From: Ancylonema sp. | Taxonomy: Eukaryota | Direction of reading: 5' to 3' | DNA: 60,757 nucleotides | NCBI GenBank assembly: GCA_050230475.1 | Contig: JBFLGF010000142.1 | Location: forward strand, 1 to 60,757 | Shown here: piece after piece, positions 1-14,581 of the stretch | Position numbering within the stretch: position 1 is the first letter of the stretch | Layout: every line of letters begins with the position of its first letter | Made by a program: the position numbers and the translations under genes | The notes under the pieces: model-generated | Seen by the model: the letters and a program-made list of their open reading frames with translations, nothing else | The model's database searches: none | Told to the model about the DNA's origin: nothing

Positions 1-746
1 TATTGATACCGGGAGGGTATCAGCCTGCCCCGTCACGCCGGGGCGTCACCTCACTGGATTTGGCCTGTCACATTTCTGTCACGGAACGTTTTTTGTCACA
101 GAAGGGCGATCGTACGCCTACCAACTTGTTTTGCAAAGCATCGAAATACGTGTTGGGTCCGGCGTAAAATCAGGAGCCAGTTAAGTTCGAGGGAACGTCG
201 GGGGATAGTCGTAGCGCGCGGACAGAGGCTACGAGTGCAGAAACCACCGTCAAATTCTTGAGCTGGGCGCGCATGCGGTTACGATGGCCCTGCCTCCTTT
301 CTTTGACAAAAACAGCCTACAATTTGATTGGCGGATGAGTCAGCATCGGTCACGCTGAGGTGGCACACGTGGCAAATTGTGACGTCCTCCGACACCGACA
401 ATTTTCTGGACTCGAGAAATTTCCGATCTCCTCGCGATCACGTCCAATCCAAGGGAAGTCTCGCCCGCGTCTTTGACCCTCCTATCTGTCCAGCAGGAAA
501 ACTGGTTGATCAAGGACACTTGCAGTGGATCCATAGACGGAGGTTTAAGCCCTCCCTTCTTGGCTAACGGCGTGGTTGTTCTGACGCCAACTACATCGAT
601 CTGATCAGATTATATTTTACACGACGAGCCCTTCCCAGACAATACAGTACAACTTCCCAAAAAATATAGAGCGACACTAGGAACATTGCGTAATTGTAGA
701 TCCTCCATCTTGCCAAATTAATTAGGTTCGAAAGAGACGGGCAACA

Positions 747-3700
747 ATGGCCATCGCAGGCTCGTGCCAAGCGGCGGCTCTGCGTTTGCAAGGCGCTAGT
801 CCCATTTTGTCAGCTGGGAATGCCACCACTTCTTTCAGCCAAAGAGGAAATCGACAGAGTCCTTCTTGCAGGAAGGCAGGGCCAGAAGGAATCGCAAACG
901 TGACCGGAAGCTCTGCAGTCTACTTAAGTTCTGATTTCCTAGGGGCCGATCTTTTGACTTCGAGACGCACCGGATCTGCTTGTGTTGAAGGACAAAACTC
1001 TGGGGCGAAGAGGGGCAATGAGAGGGGGACAGGCATCCGAATTTCAGCGAAGATCAGGAAAACAAAGAGAGCACCTATGGACCCCGACTATCCTTGGCCG
1101 GACAAGTACAAGCCGGAGGAGCATGGTTTTTTGGCGTTCCTGTCCAAGTTCAAGGACGTTCCAAACAAGAAAGCGAAGCCCGTAACCCTGCCATTTGAGC
1201 GACCATTGCAGGAACTTGAGGCCAAGATTATCGAGGTAATTCATGCCGATGCTGACATTCAAACTCGTATCTAGCTAGATCGTCGATCTACTCCTGTCCA
1301 TCACCGTGTGTCATGCGAAACCATCCGCCCTGCAGCACACATGCCTGGATCATTTATTGTTTTGGTTTGAACTTGGCAGGTTCGGGAGTTGGCCAAGAAG
1401 ACAGGGATGGATTTCAGTGATCAAGTATTGGAACTTGAGGCGAAATATGAGCAGGTCAGATGCTTGTTATGCAGGAAGCCGAGATTACGGTTCCACTGTC
1501 GCCTTGGAGTCAATGTATTTTATGAATTTCCGTCTCTTCCTTGCTTAAATATTGATAGGAGTCGACACGGTTCATTCGTTATGAACGTTTAGTGTGTGAT
1601 GCACTAATTGTATCGGGTATCTTCCATAGCAGATGTCTAAGGTTGATCGTATTTCGGGGAAAATATGGTGTCTTTTTTCGTGAGGGGGCTGCACGTGAAA
1701 ACGGTGGCAAACACTTCGGCGTCTCTATCATCGAGTAATTTGCGTTGAGACTAAAATGCCTAACCTGTACTGCCTGGGGAACAGTTGCGGAAGGACATCT
1801 ACTTGCGACTGACGCCGGTACAGAGGCTGAGTGTGGCCAGGCATCCAAACCGGCCGACATTTCTAGACCATGTACTCAACATCACAGACAAGGTATAATC
1901 ATGTTCTCTTCTTTTAATGATGTATTAGGAGAGCAGGAGATTCGGTTGTTGGAGCAGCTCCCAAAAAACGAATCTCCTGCTCTTCCAGCGGGCACATCAA
2001 AATGAAGGAGCAGGCCCCAGGCTTGCAACTTCTGCATGACTCGGAAATTTTAACGTTTCTAAGTCAATTCTTGAATAAATTGTGAAAGATTCATCAGCAA
2101 ACAAATATAATATTCTGGTTTATTTTTGTTATATTTTCCATTTTTTTTTGTGAATGTTTCCTGGAAATGGAAAATAAGGGTGGAGGATATCAGGGGAGTC
2201 GTAAGATATACATCGTAAGGTAATCTGCTGGTTATCTGGTTTCTCTTTGAAGGCGACTGTTCCAGAGTTCCGTTAACCTTCCCTAGGCGGAACGCACATA
2301 ATAAGCTTATACATATAGAAATGCCTGGCAGAGTGAGATACTTTAGAGCACTGAATGGTACGCCAGGTTTTTGGCATCCCGAGACCAGGAGCACATGTAG
2401 AAGCAAAGAAATTACTTGCACCTCAACATAAGTGGCAAACTGATAGGGATGCTGTTTCTTTTCCCTGGTGCAACCACGGTCTCAATATTTTCCTGGTTGC
2501 TGGGCTTCTGTCTGTGCCGGTGTCGCTCGGCAACGGAAGTTCACATCAAAAATCGAAAACCATCTCCGAATCTCCATCAAAGTCTATTGATCAAGGTGCA
2601 TGCACTGATCCATGCAATAGTGAGTCCATGCAGTGGGTGGAGTTGCATGGGGACCGAGGAGGCTATGATGACCCTGCCCTTGTATGTGGTATCGGTCGGA
2701 TAAACGGGAAGAGCTATATGCTTATGGGACACCAGAAGGGACGCAACACAAAGGAGAACATTCACCGCAACTTTGGCATGCCTACGCCGAATGGGTAAGG
2801 CTTGCATTTAGTAGCGGCCTCCACCCTGACCCCCCTGAAAATAACCAAGAGTACAAGGAGCAGAAGAGACTGTCGAATGACAATTTGAAAGTGACTTTGA
2901 AGGACATGTATTTGAAGTCTGGCACCACAATGGGACGTCCGTGCCAAGTACCTGATCCCTAAATGTCAATACCTCACATCCAATGTAGATGCTTAAACCT
3001 TCTTAGTCACTTGCATGAGGAGGCCAGGAGACACTGAGAAACATAGCCGTGGGGCTCAGCATCATCTCATGGGGTCAGAGGACCTTGTGGGCTCCTCGGT
3101 CCTTGGAAGGAAGCCATGAAGCCCTTGCATCCAGCACAACCGTCAGGAAATTGGAGCGGTCGTGTCCTGATTTTCGACCAACCATCTGCTGTTGTGCAGA
3201 TATCGGAAGGCTTTGCGGATGATGCACCACGCCAACCACTTCGGGTTTCCGATCATCACATTCATTGACACACCAGGAGCGTATGCTGGGGTGACAGCTG
3301 AAGAGCTCGGACAGGTATGAAAGAGGAGGAACAAAAGGGGAGGAATAGAAATGGGAGGAAAGATGATCAGAAAGAAGAATGGTGGACAAGGACTCAGAGC
3401 AAGACTGATATTCGTGAGTTGTCTCAGAGAAAGCATCTCCATCCAAAGATGGGCATCATTTGAGCAAGCGTTTGATAGGTGAAGTTGTGGGAGACAGGAG
3501 GACTCACGTACTCTCGGGTAGTCTTCAGTATCAGGAAGCAACACCGGGCAGAAGTAGACAAGGACTGGGGTCGTATGTGGTGCTCAGTGCCCCTAACGAC
3601 AATGGACAATGCGTCTGATCCTCCTCAAAACAAACTTCTGAACGTCATCGCTTGGGACTGGGCGAGGGAAGCTTGAAGGCACAGACCACTAGCATCCAGA

Positions 3701-6323
3701 AGTTAGACAGTTTCGTACCTCCTGGATTTTTTACAACACGGGATGTCTGGGACGAAAAGTAGTCACTGCCACAGCGAAACCTTAAACCCACCACCTTCCC
3801 AACGGACCTTTCCGTGGTCTTCCTAATCAGCCGTCTCCTGTCACTCCATGGCCCTCTCTCAGGGAGAAGCCATCGCCCACAACCTCCGGGATATGTTTGG
3901 TCTCCGGGTGCCGAGCATTTCCATAGTCATCGGGGAAGGAGGTTCCGGAGGTGCGCTGGCCATCGGGTGCTGCAACAAGATGCTCATGCTGGAAAACGCA
4001 GTGTACTTTGTGGCCAGGTCGGAAGTAGGGGAAGGGCAGTTGGGGGTGGGGGGGGGGGGAGGAGGTGGGGGGCCGATGGAGCTGAAATCTGGGGTGGAGT
4101 ACTTTACTGGCTGGGCAACATTGTTTTGGCGATTTTGTTTGGGCTGGAGATGGGGATGTTACCATGGGCATGGTTTACATGACGTGTTTGGAAGCACTGC
4201 TGTAGAGTGGTAGAGAGTAGGAGCAGTGGTGGTTTACAGTACCCCTCAAGACAGAGAAACCTGAATACTTGGAGTTTGGGTAGGTTTTAGAGGCTGCAGT
4301 GAATGTGATGGTAGTGATTGTTCCGTAAAGTCATTCTGTATAACGACAATCGGGTGATCATAGAGTTGAGTTGCTGGTCAATGAGCGATTACAAATGTGA
4401 GTCCAATTGGCAAGACAACATTCTCAGAAACCATTTCTTGTCCCCTTGATAAAAAATTGGAATCAACCTAACCCGACGCGCCTTCACCACTTTGCGCTTT
4501 CCGCCGGTGTCACAACCCGAAACCTCTCTCTTGTGCGAAGACTGGCAAACAAAGCGAACGAGTACATGATAACCTGGAGTAGAAAGAAGCCGAAATATTC
4601 CTGACTGTTCCCGGCTGCTGGGGTTTATGCTGTCCGTTGATGCAGTCCCGAGGCGTGTGCTGCGATTCTGTGGAAGACCGCCAGCGCTGCCCCCAAGGTG
4701 AGGCATCTGAAATATTTTTGAGGGAAGATGGGAAGGCTGCGGATAATTCCATTCACTGGCACCACTCCTGGGAGCCTCGATCCACACTGGATGTGGAAAA
4801 GATCACCGGAAATCCAGTTAGAAAAGATCGCTGGTACAAGGACAATTTGGCAAAAAGTGACGTATATTCGGGAAAATGGTCTTATTGTTCAGTATCCTGA
4901 ACACCCCTAAGTGGCACGCAGATAATGATACCTATGTCTATGAGGACCAAACGTCTGGGAGGTCACCATGTCACTACAACAAGGAATACCTGTAGCAGAC
5001 AAACGACGAGCATACAAACGGATCCTCTAACAGACAGGTGGCAGGATTGTAGTGGTTGTGTTTCATCCAGTCCCATCTGACCATCCCCAGTCACAGACCT
5101 ACTGACGCACAAGAATCCGTTTGGTTACAGGCGACAGAGGCCCTGCGAATCACAGGCACGGAGTTGATGAAACTGAACGTGGTGGATGAAGTCATCAAGG
5201 TACACAATCTCCCTCTCTCCAATGCCCCCCCCTGCTCCTGCGGATTCTAATCATATATCATCCTTCAAACCGCAGCGCCTCCCCCCTCTGCTTGGAATAA
5301 AGAAGCAGTACTGGGCCACTCATGTTTGCCGAGCATAACTGCTTTGCCTGTGCTGTTGTCGCCAGCTCTTAAAAGAAGTTGAGGCAGTGAGGCGGTATTT
5401 GACATGATTTGAGACTTTTTTCCGGGATGCAGGAGCCTCTGGGTGGGGCCCACGCAGACCCCAGGCTAGCCTCGCAGAACATCAAGGAGGTGGTCGTCAG
5501 GCACATGGAGGTAAGGCATAGAATACCACCTCACGACTTATCTTTATAGTACTAGCACTCTTTAGCTTGGCTTGTCTGGGCTCGGGGGGGACAAGTAAAA
5601 ACCCTAGATATGTGCAGTACTCGCAGTTAGCCGGGAAATCCGTACGGTGTCCTTTGCATCACTAGGCAGCGACAGCCGCGCCTATAGCGTGCGTCAGGCA
5701 GATGGAGACCACAGAGGGGAGTAGGGGAGAGTGGTCAGCACATGAGCCAGGAAGAATCATGTAGAGATCCAGGAAAATGCAGGAGGCAGTATGCCTTTCT
5801 ATCGGAAACCGGAAAGTGGTCTGGAGTGTGTCTTATAGATTATGGAGGGCGATGTTAGGCACTCCGTATGATTGGTCATCCGTCTTAGAAGAAGAGGAGG
5901 AGGCACAGAGGTGATATGCGTAAGTTACAGGGCAGCCCCAGAATTGGACGCACTACAAACCATGTATAGTGTGAACATGTGTTCAGTTTTCCTAAACTCT
6001 TCAGTTTTCCAGTCTTCTTTAAGTATCTGACCGAGTCTCCCTCCTCCAATCATGATTCGGGTGCGGTTCAGGAGCTGTTGGCAATGGACGAGAAGGCAAT
6101 GGTGGAGCAGAGACTGGCCAAGTTCCGACAAATGGGAGGAGTGATGGAGGAACTGAATGTGAACCCCTACATCCAGAGGTCCCTGAAGAAGAAGGACAAG
6201 CCGACGACCTCCTCCTTCCGACCGCTTCTCCCGGATTTCAGGGGGTTGGACTCCAAGGTCTTCTCCGTGGAGGCGAATTCGACACCCGTGAACTCGGTTA
6301 CCCGAGGGGAGTTCAAGGAATGA
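747..6323 (+). CDS. accA: Plastid acetyl-CoA carboxylase carboxyltransferase alpha subunit (CAC3-like), 10 exons, with N-terminal transit peptide
   Basis: GT-AG exons 747-1235, 1380-1454, 1785-1892, 2634-2794, 3200-3314, 3863-4017, 4646-4697, 5131-5199, 5433-5510 and 6072-6323 join in frame (517 aa). Motifs include [65 protein letters not shown] and EPLGGAH. The N-terminus is Ser/Ala/Arg-rich. Confidence 0.96.
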
Positions 6324-7827
6324 GGAGATGAGGGCGTGGGCTCTCGGTTATTGGATCCATGCACGCATCATGAGTCCGTAGTTCTCTTGTACGTTTATGT
6401 GGAAGGATGTTATGAGTGTTGGGTAGGTCATGAAGCACGATGGAGCAGGCTTCTAAAGTAGTTAAACATGTTCAAGCATGGTGAGGGGGAAACGACTTGT
6501 TGCCTAGGTTGATAAGCGACCCTATTGATGAGCACACACTTCACATTCTAAGTGTGATCCGATGGCCTATTCGTTTTTGCATGCATTAGGGTGTCAACAT
6601 TCTAATGTAGATTCTTGTTGCATTACGTATCCCATGACAATATGGGTACCGAAGTACGTAGTGTTGCATGTAGTTCTGCATGTTGTGACGTACATTTATT
6701 TTGTGTAAAGTTAGTGACCAACAAGCGTTTATGACAAAAGTTTCCCGCATGTGAACTTACAATGGTCACTTATTGTGCACCCCGATTGCATACTAGAACA
6801 AAATGATGATGTGCACATTGTTGCTGATGATGCATTTTTTTTTAATTTTTTTTTTGTGTGCAAGTCCTTTGTAGCATTTCCACTCGAGAGCCTAACATGG
6901 CCTATGTCTTCTAAGTTGTAGACTTGCATTTACAAGTCTTGTGAAGCATGTTTCGTGAAACTTAGGGAGTGCTGAAGTGACAAGACACAAATATTGAAGA
7001 AGAAAAATGTGGCAGTGTGCCTAAATTGCACAGATGCTATCCACAACGAACTAATACGAGGGTGTCGCAAATCCAACCCAAACCCCTTGTACTCATGCCT
7101 GAGGCATCATTCACCAATGAGGGAAACGTGGTTTCGATGGAACAAATTTTTTAACAAGGATTTCGGTTCCGAATTATCCCGGGGAAAGTTCAGACTAGGA
7201 AGTCAGAGGACTAAGGATATTTCCGCCTTAGAAGGGATCCAACATGGTCGGGACAACAGCCAAGGGGTACCAAAAATGTATCATCTTGGTTGGTATGTCA
7301 ATTTTAAATTTGGATGCGGGTTGTTGTTACGAACATCCCGACCACTTATTAAGCCTTCAAATTGACGGAGAAGGGTGTTCAATTTTTTTACAACTCGGTT
7401 AATAAAAATGGTCAGAGGAAGTTCCCCCGACCATTTTTTTTATTTTTTTTGGTTCCCCTGGGGAACCATCGGATACGATCTCAGGGATATCCAAGTATCT
7501 CGTTGTGACACAACAGAGGCATGATCCAATGTTCTCGTGGTTCCAAATTTTATGTCGAGGCAACCTCAATCAGACCAACATTATTGAAGGGCGGATGGAT
7601 ATGATTATGCGAAAGCTATTGAAAGTTATCCCGTTTCGGACGTTCTTCTTATTTCTTTCTTTCATTTTGATTTTATGTGAAATACTTATTTTTCTTATGG
7701 CTTTTTAAATTGAAGGACGAAAACATGATCAATGGTATCGTTTGGCCTTGAAAGCAATTTTTTTTTGTCGAATATAATTACATGAAGGTTGGTGCTATTT
7801 GATTTCTTCAACGTTATATGGTGCTGG

Positions 7828-8295
7828 TCGTGCTGGCCCCTACCGTTTTCGGCTCGTGGTAGGGAGTACCGGCTACTCAGTAGCCTACTTGGGGAGTAAG
7901 ACGAGCCCCGCGCGGAGTCTAGAAACGGGTAGGGGTAGGAGGTAGGGAGGTAGGCGGCAATTTTCGCTTATCTTGTGGAGTTTGGAATTTATGGAGTCTT
8001 TCGTACGTGTTATCACACATGTGCATGACTCGCACATGTGAAACAAAACGTGACATAGGCCAAAATACAATTTCGTCCGTAGTAAAAATTCCCTACCGGC
8101 CTCCGTACAGCTCCATACGTGTTGCGGGAGAACAACTTGTAGTCTATTACCCATCCGCTTCAGGTACGGTCGGCGCGTGCGGTCGACCCGCGGCGGGTAG
8201 GAGTAACATTTTTAATGATGCAGTGGTAGGGATCGGGGACCTTCCCCGCGGGTAGGGAAATCCGGGTCCGGGGAAGGGGGTGGGGGGCAACACTA
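7828..8295. mobile_element. Degenerate hAT-like MITE with CCTACCG/CGGTAGG subterminal repeats
   Basis: Right end ...ggggggcaacacta matches left tcgtgctggcccctacc as an imperfect inverted repeat (13/17). It has the same internal ccctaccg/cggtaggg motifs as the element at 11514-14974. No TSD recovered. Confidence 0.45.
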
Positions 8296-9125
8296 GTTGG
8301 AAGGTATTTTTACGCCGAAAACACTAGCACTAGCAACACACATTTCATAACAACGTTCAAGGTAAAAATGTCCACCACTCTTCATTTCGGATTTGAATGT
8401 AAATGGAAGGTCGTAATATTTCTATCAAAAGGGAGACTTTGGCGTGGATTCAAAACAACTTCGACAAAAAGTGTCGTTACCTCGAGGGTGTTGTTGCAAC
8501 GAGACCGATTGTAGGAAGGAACAACAACCGAGGGATGGAAAATTAGGCCTTGGATTTCTCTCTCGGAGGTTATTGACTTAAAAACCCTTCATAAACTTAA
8601 AAGCCTTAATAAGGGATAACCCTTTAAAAATCGACAATTTTCTAAGGTAGACTTACTTACTTCACCTTTTGGTAGCTTTGAACACAATGGCGCCCCTAAA
8701 AACTTGACTTTCCAATGTCTTTACGTGTTGTAAGCACATTTTTGACAGGATTAGAGAAAGCGGGACTCACAACGTTTTGAGGAGCCCGTGAATAACCATA
8801 TCCACTTTATCATTCATGTATTACTACATCATCTTGATCACAACAAACGTTATCTTTCCCCAACATCTTTTTGTGTTCAGTGGAAAACGTGAAAAGAGAA
8901 TTTAGCGGGTGGTGTTTGAAATGTACCAAAAAAACCGAAGCAGAGTGACAAGTAATGCGAGACCTATTGATCGCTAATTTCATTTTCGCCCAGTAAAGAA
9001 ATACACTGGCACATTTCTCCACACTTGAGGCAGCCGCTACGGCCTCACATATCATCCTGTTTTTCGACTTCTGCCACTAATATTCACAATTCATCCAAAA
9101 TGGCGAGCGCTACGGCCTGAGGATA

Positions 9126-10620
9126 CCGTACCGGCCAGGTTTATAGCCCCACCAATTCGGAAAAATATTTAGTTTACGTTAGCCCCACCCCTTAGCCCCA
9201 GCCCCGAACCAATTAATTTTTCCGAACCACTTAATTTTTAGGCCCCACCCTTAGCCCCACCCACTTCTGGCAATTATTTCTCTTGCCCCAGCGAAGATAA
9301 GGCCCCACCCCTTTCCTCCCGTCGCATTAAGTCTTCAAAACCTCTCGGATCTGCTGATAGCTCGTAACATGAGCCCCTCCATCTTGGGCTCCCGGAAGAT
9401 ATCTGGGCTCCAGGCTTCAGGGAGCCCGTGTCTCCGGGCCGCAGCCCGTAGCCCGCAGCCCGGCTCGTAGCGGGGTGGGACATGGGCGAGCCCGTTCGCG
9501 GAAGAAAGGAGAAGAACAAAGGGAGCTCCTACTGCCAAAACATTGTTCTTAATGCCAAAGCAGATTCCCCCGACAGGACTTACGGGGGACCGTAGATGCA
9601 GCTCGAAAGGACTTGGTGGCTTGTGGGCCGTCGACCTGTAGTACGGCCTACGTTGTCGAGATTCAGTTGTAGATATTCTAGATCTACGGGCCGCAAACAA
9701 ATATTTTCCGTCCGTCTGTGTGACGTGGCCCCTTCAGAAGCCTGTACCGTTGTTCAAATTCCCGGCCCAAGTCCTCGAGATCTAGCGATTGGTGAGCCCA
9801 CCCAAATTCGATGGGCTGCGGATAGCGAGAACCCGCAGTCCAAATAGCAGCCTGAATGCAGAATGCAGCTGGCAGCCCAGACCACAGCCCAAATAATTGG
9901 ATGCAGCCCAGAGCTCAAATAATTATGCCTGTATTGAAGATGGGGGGGCCCAGCTTGCGGTGCAAAATAACGGCCTGCAAGCTGGGCTGCGGACTGCATG
10001 CTGCGAGGCTGGACTGCGGGCTCCGAGCCAGGCCGTTGCCTGCGCAATCTGGGCTGCGAGCTCTTAAAGCCCGCAGTCCATAGAATTTGGGTGGGCTCAC
10101 CGATTGCGACATCTCGAGGACGTGGGCTGGGAATTTGAACAACGGTACAGGCTTCTGAAGGGGCCACGTCGTACAGGCGGACGGAAAACATTTGTTTGCG
10201 GCCCCTAGATCTAGAATATCTACAACTGAATCTCGACAAAGTAGGCCGTACTACAGGCCGACGGCCCACAAGCCACCAAGTCCTTTCGAGCTGCATCTAC
10301 GGTCCCCCGTAAGTCCTGTCGGGGAAATCTGCTTTGGCATTAAGAATAATGTTTTGGCAGTAGGAGCTCCCAAGAACGAAGGAGAGATGGGAGTGGAGAT
10401 CACGGGCTCATTTTCTGGTTTGGCGTGCATTTCGTAATAAAGCCCCACCGGGTAAAGCCCCAGGCGGGAAAAACGGATTTTAGATAATGCCCCAGGCCGA
10501 TTTTTTGCCCGAATTTCCCGGTACTTAAGGCCCCAATTTTATTTTTTTTGAATTAATATCCTTGCCCCGCCCCAGCACTTAGGTAATTATTTTCGGGGGC
10601 TATAAACCTGGCCGGTACGG
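9126..10620. mobile_element. Tc1/mariner-type non-autonomous element (MITE)
   Basis: Perfect 25-bp TIR ccgtaccggccaggtttatagcccc / ggggctataaacctggccggtacgg flanked by TA on both sides (9124-9125, 10621-10622). Internal agccccac repeats. Confidence 0.88.
9521..10371. mobile_element. MULE-like foldback element nested in the Tc1/mariner MITE
   Basis: About 300-bp near-perfect TIRs starting gggagctcctactgccaaaac and ending gttttggcagtaggagctccc. 9-bp TSD aagaacaaa (9512-9520) / aagaacgaa (10372-10380). Centre made of gcagccc/gggctgc repeats. Confidence 0.88.
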
Positions 10621-11581
10621 TATATATAAAAAAATGCTCAGGCCTTTCTGCCGGATGAGTTACGCAAATTTTCCCAAAATATGCTCGGGAGTTTGCGTAA
10701 ATCATCGGGCTCAACATAATCTCTCGACCAATCACATCCTCGTACCGTTTGCTTGCGTGGCAAATAACCTAAAAGTTTCATCCGGACCAATCGGAAACAA
10801 AACGTTCGCCTACGAGGCAAATATTTTGCTCAGATTATGCTTAGGCCATAACGCTTGCCAACGGATGAAGCATATGCTATTTTGCCGCATGATAAATTGA
10901 TAATCACCGTGCATACCTCCAAATTATGCTCAACGATTTGCGAGGCCGTAGCGGATGCTTTTAAACACGTATTTTCTCATCTACAACCACGAACTTGGGC
11001 AAATAATAAAATACTCTATTTTTCCCATCACAAGTTGGAGGAAAACTTGGCGTACCTAAATGAGTTGTAGTGAAAGGAAATTGATGGCATTCATAGAAAT
11101 ACTCGGAAAATATTTTATTTTCGATGCGTCATCATCTACCGACAAACTCTATGTCTCACTGAGACTGTCGCGCACGTCAATAAATCATCCGTTTTGGTCA
11201 GAATATAAAATTGCTCTCTATATAATTTATATATATAAATATTTTGCATGGAGAGCAATTAAAGCTTTATATTGTCAGGGGGGGGGGGTGCAAAATGCCC
11301 CTAAATTGGATTCAATATTTGCAGGTTTTTTAGAGGTGCTTTTCAGCGTACTCTTATTTCGTTTTGGTAATTAGGGCCTAAGTACCCCTAATTACGAAGC
11401 AGGTATTTAGACTTGCCATCCCTGTCTCCCGAACTCGCCTCAATGATGGGCGGTGGGCCATCCGCCCGTTCGTCGGAGGGGACGCCCCGAGCGGTCACCT
11501 CTGTTGCGTGAGCTAGCGTTGGCGACACCGCCCTACCGTCCTACTCCCTACCGTTTCACCGCGGTAGCTACCGATGCTCAA

Positions 11582-13776
11582 GGGACATGCTAAGGGGAGA
11601 CTACCTCCTAGCTATGTGGAGACTACCCGTAATATCGAGAAAACGTCAGAACTCAAAATTTCGCTGTACACAGGCCCAAGGCCGTCCGAACCGTGATTTT
11701 CGTTATGCGCGGCGTAGCTGGTGCAGTCCAAAAGTGCTGCTGTAGCATTTTGCCGCAGATTGCCAGCGCTGCCTTCTTGCTGCTCTCATGCTGCCCTTTA
11801 CTTGCGATGATGCTCCGCGCCGTGTAGTGCAGTGTGCGGCCAGTTATGAGCGTAGCTACGACCCCTTACTGACTTGACGCCTGCTGCGCTTGGTCCTTAT
11901 GTGCGTTTCATTTTCGCGGTAGTCTAGCGCTTTTGGTGGTATTGGCCCTTATATATGTCTGCAAGGTCCGTATTGAGTGTGGTAACTCTAAAAACGTGTG
12001 GATTCATTATTGGCTGAGATTGGAGGACATTATTCTTGATTCTTTAGTCTTTGTTCTTTATTCTTTCTTCTTTCTTCTTTATTCTTATTCCTTCTTCTTT
12101 ATTATTTTTTCTTTATTATTTAAGTTGTTTCCCCTCCATATTTATAGTTTGAATTAAATCTTACTAATGAACTACTTATATTCATACACCACTCCACTCT
12201 TCTCTCTGTGGATACTTATGAAATATAATTGATATAAATGATATAAATTAATATAAGTCATCATTTAAATTATGAATCTAAATAATGAATATACTAATGT
12301 ATGTAATGATATAAATGATACATTTGGGTACATTTTTATTTATGAGTGTCGTTCAATAACATTGTCCTCCAAAAAAAAAAACAAGATCATTTTTAAAGTA
12401 ATATACGGGTACCCGAAGTCACTCTGATATCCTCCTTGGCCTTCGAAAATGAAGGAACGAAAATAATTTAAGTATATTCGCAACCCCCCTTTTAATCAAC
12501 GTGTTATTTAGAATAGTAGTAAACAAGTACCAATTGTCAAACTTATGGGATTCTTCTCTCCCTCACTTTCCCAAAAAAAATAACAAACTACTTTCCTCAG
12601 TTCCAAGTGACTAATGGATGGCTAATGATTACTAACATACTTGCTTTGTGTAGGCCATTCACAATATATGTTTCTTGGAGCTTGCAACTTAGGCGTATGT
12701 TTGGTTCAAAGACGTGGAGACATTTTCCAAGGAGTGTTTATTTTGATATCTTCACGTTGAGTTATTTTTGCAGTCGCAGTAAACGAAGTAGTGGTTAGTG
12801 AAGTCTAAGTAGTAGTTTAGGAAGTTTATTTTAGTTTTTTGCCTGGTAATGATATACCTAATGCATACGTATCCCACAACTCAATAGATTGAGTCAAATC
12901 GCCCGTGGGTCCATTACGATCATGTAGCGATAGGTGAATCTCGGCTTGGTGTGTTGTTGCAAGTGGGATGATTGTGCTAAGAGACTTAGTAATGCAATGG
13001 GGAGTTGGGTTGGTTGGTTGTTCATATGAACAAAAAACATGTGTAAGGAAGATGGATGGAGTTAGGATGTGGGATGGATATGTATGATGTTCGGAAAATA
13101 GGATTGGTTCCCTTTGTTTGTTGTGTTGTAAAGATTTTTACAAATCGCAACGCTCATTTTGGAAACTTCACGGAATGGAGTGAAAGAAGCTCGTGTAGGA
13201 GCTTAGTTTTCTATGCCCCATCGATAAAGATTACAAGTTGTCATGTGAGGGAAAACACTAGATACGAATCCGGCAATTCAACTTTACGACAATAACATCG
13301 GGAAACAACTATTTGTGAAGAACTTAATATAATTCATCTAAAATAAATACATGGCGACTCTTGCAAATTGCCCCAACTCTCTACAAATTATACAATAATT
13401 TACAAACCCTTCCATTATTCCTTACAAACCCTTAAAATTCCCGCCTTATCCACGGAGTAGTTCCCTCTTTCACTGCTTCGTAAAATATGGACTAAAGTTG
13501 GCACCGTATCCTTGTGACGTCTCCATTCCGGGTCGATGCGAGGCAACCTATTGACTGATAAATGTCCAAAAGACCAATGATTACCATCCTCGACAATTAG
13601 TACAATTGGGTCCGGATTAAACCTATGCATGTATGTATGTATGTATGTATGCATGCATGCATGCATGCATGTATGTATGCATGCATGCATGTATGTAGGT
13701 GTGTATGTATGTATGTATGTATGCATGTATGTATATCTGTATATGTATGTATGTATGTATGTAAGTATACATGTAC

Positions 13777-13811
<35 letters not shown>

Positions 13812-14581
13812 TGTATATATGTATTTATGTATGTAAGTATGCATGTATGTATATATGTATGTATGTATATCTGTATGTATGTATGCATGTCTGTCTGTAT
13901 GTATGCATGCATGTATGCGTGTGTGCATACAATCACATGTGCAAAAACAAATAAATATGCAGTAACACACGAAAATAAATAATTATGTAGCTGACATTAC
14001 TATTCGGAGATTTACGGCAAAAGAAAAGTGGGTTCCACTATGCCCTCACAAAATTATATCCTGTATATGTGAGCGCTACACGCTACCACTGTAGAATGCT
14101 CCACGTTCTCTAAAAGGAATGGCGTAGACACTTACCGACATGTATTCCATCGCTTCAACGCCGTCCGATTTGAAACCTACGCGCTAAACCTACACGCTAG
14201 CGAAAGAGACCAACATGACACCCTGATGTTTTAACACAAGTATGCGAAAAGCAATATACATATGCAACAATACGCAAGCGTCAAGACAATAAGGGATCGC
14301 TACGCTCAAAATCGGCCGCACACTGCAGTACACGGCTCGGACGCATCAACTACAGGGCTGTTTGACAGCAGCAAGAAGCCAGCGCTGGCAATCTGCGGCA
14401 GAATGCTGACAGTAGCGCTTCAGGACTGCAGCAGCTGCTGGGGCCTACGCCGCGCATAACGAAAATCACGGTTTGGACGGCCTTGGCCCCTATGTACAGC
14501 GAAATTATGAGTTCTGTCGTTTTCTCGATATTACGGGTAGTCTCTACATAGTCAGGAGGTAGTCTCCCCATAGCATGTCCC
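11582..14581. mobile_element. 3.0-kb MULE-like element with long TIRs
   Basis: TIRs of roughly 250-300 bp (gggacatgctaaggggagactacctcc... / ...ggaggtagtctccccatagcatgtccc). 8-bp TSD atgctcaa (11574-11581) / gtgctcaa (14582-14589). AT-rich interior with no intact ORF. Confidence 0.82.
13624..13925. repeat. (TATG/CATG)n tetranucleotide microsatellite
   Basis: Directly visible tandem gtat/gcat units. They explain the spurious MYVC/HTYI ORFs. Confidence 0.95.

Noticed and set aside
9335..10448. Paired near-identical ORFs on opposite strands (MQLERTWW..., MFAA...)
   Set aside because: Artefacts of the long TIRs of a foldback element; no recognisable protein motif.
13415..13982. Several 109-173 aa ORFs (HTYI/MYVC repeats)
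   Set aside because: Translations of a (TATG)n microsatellite.
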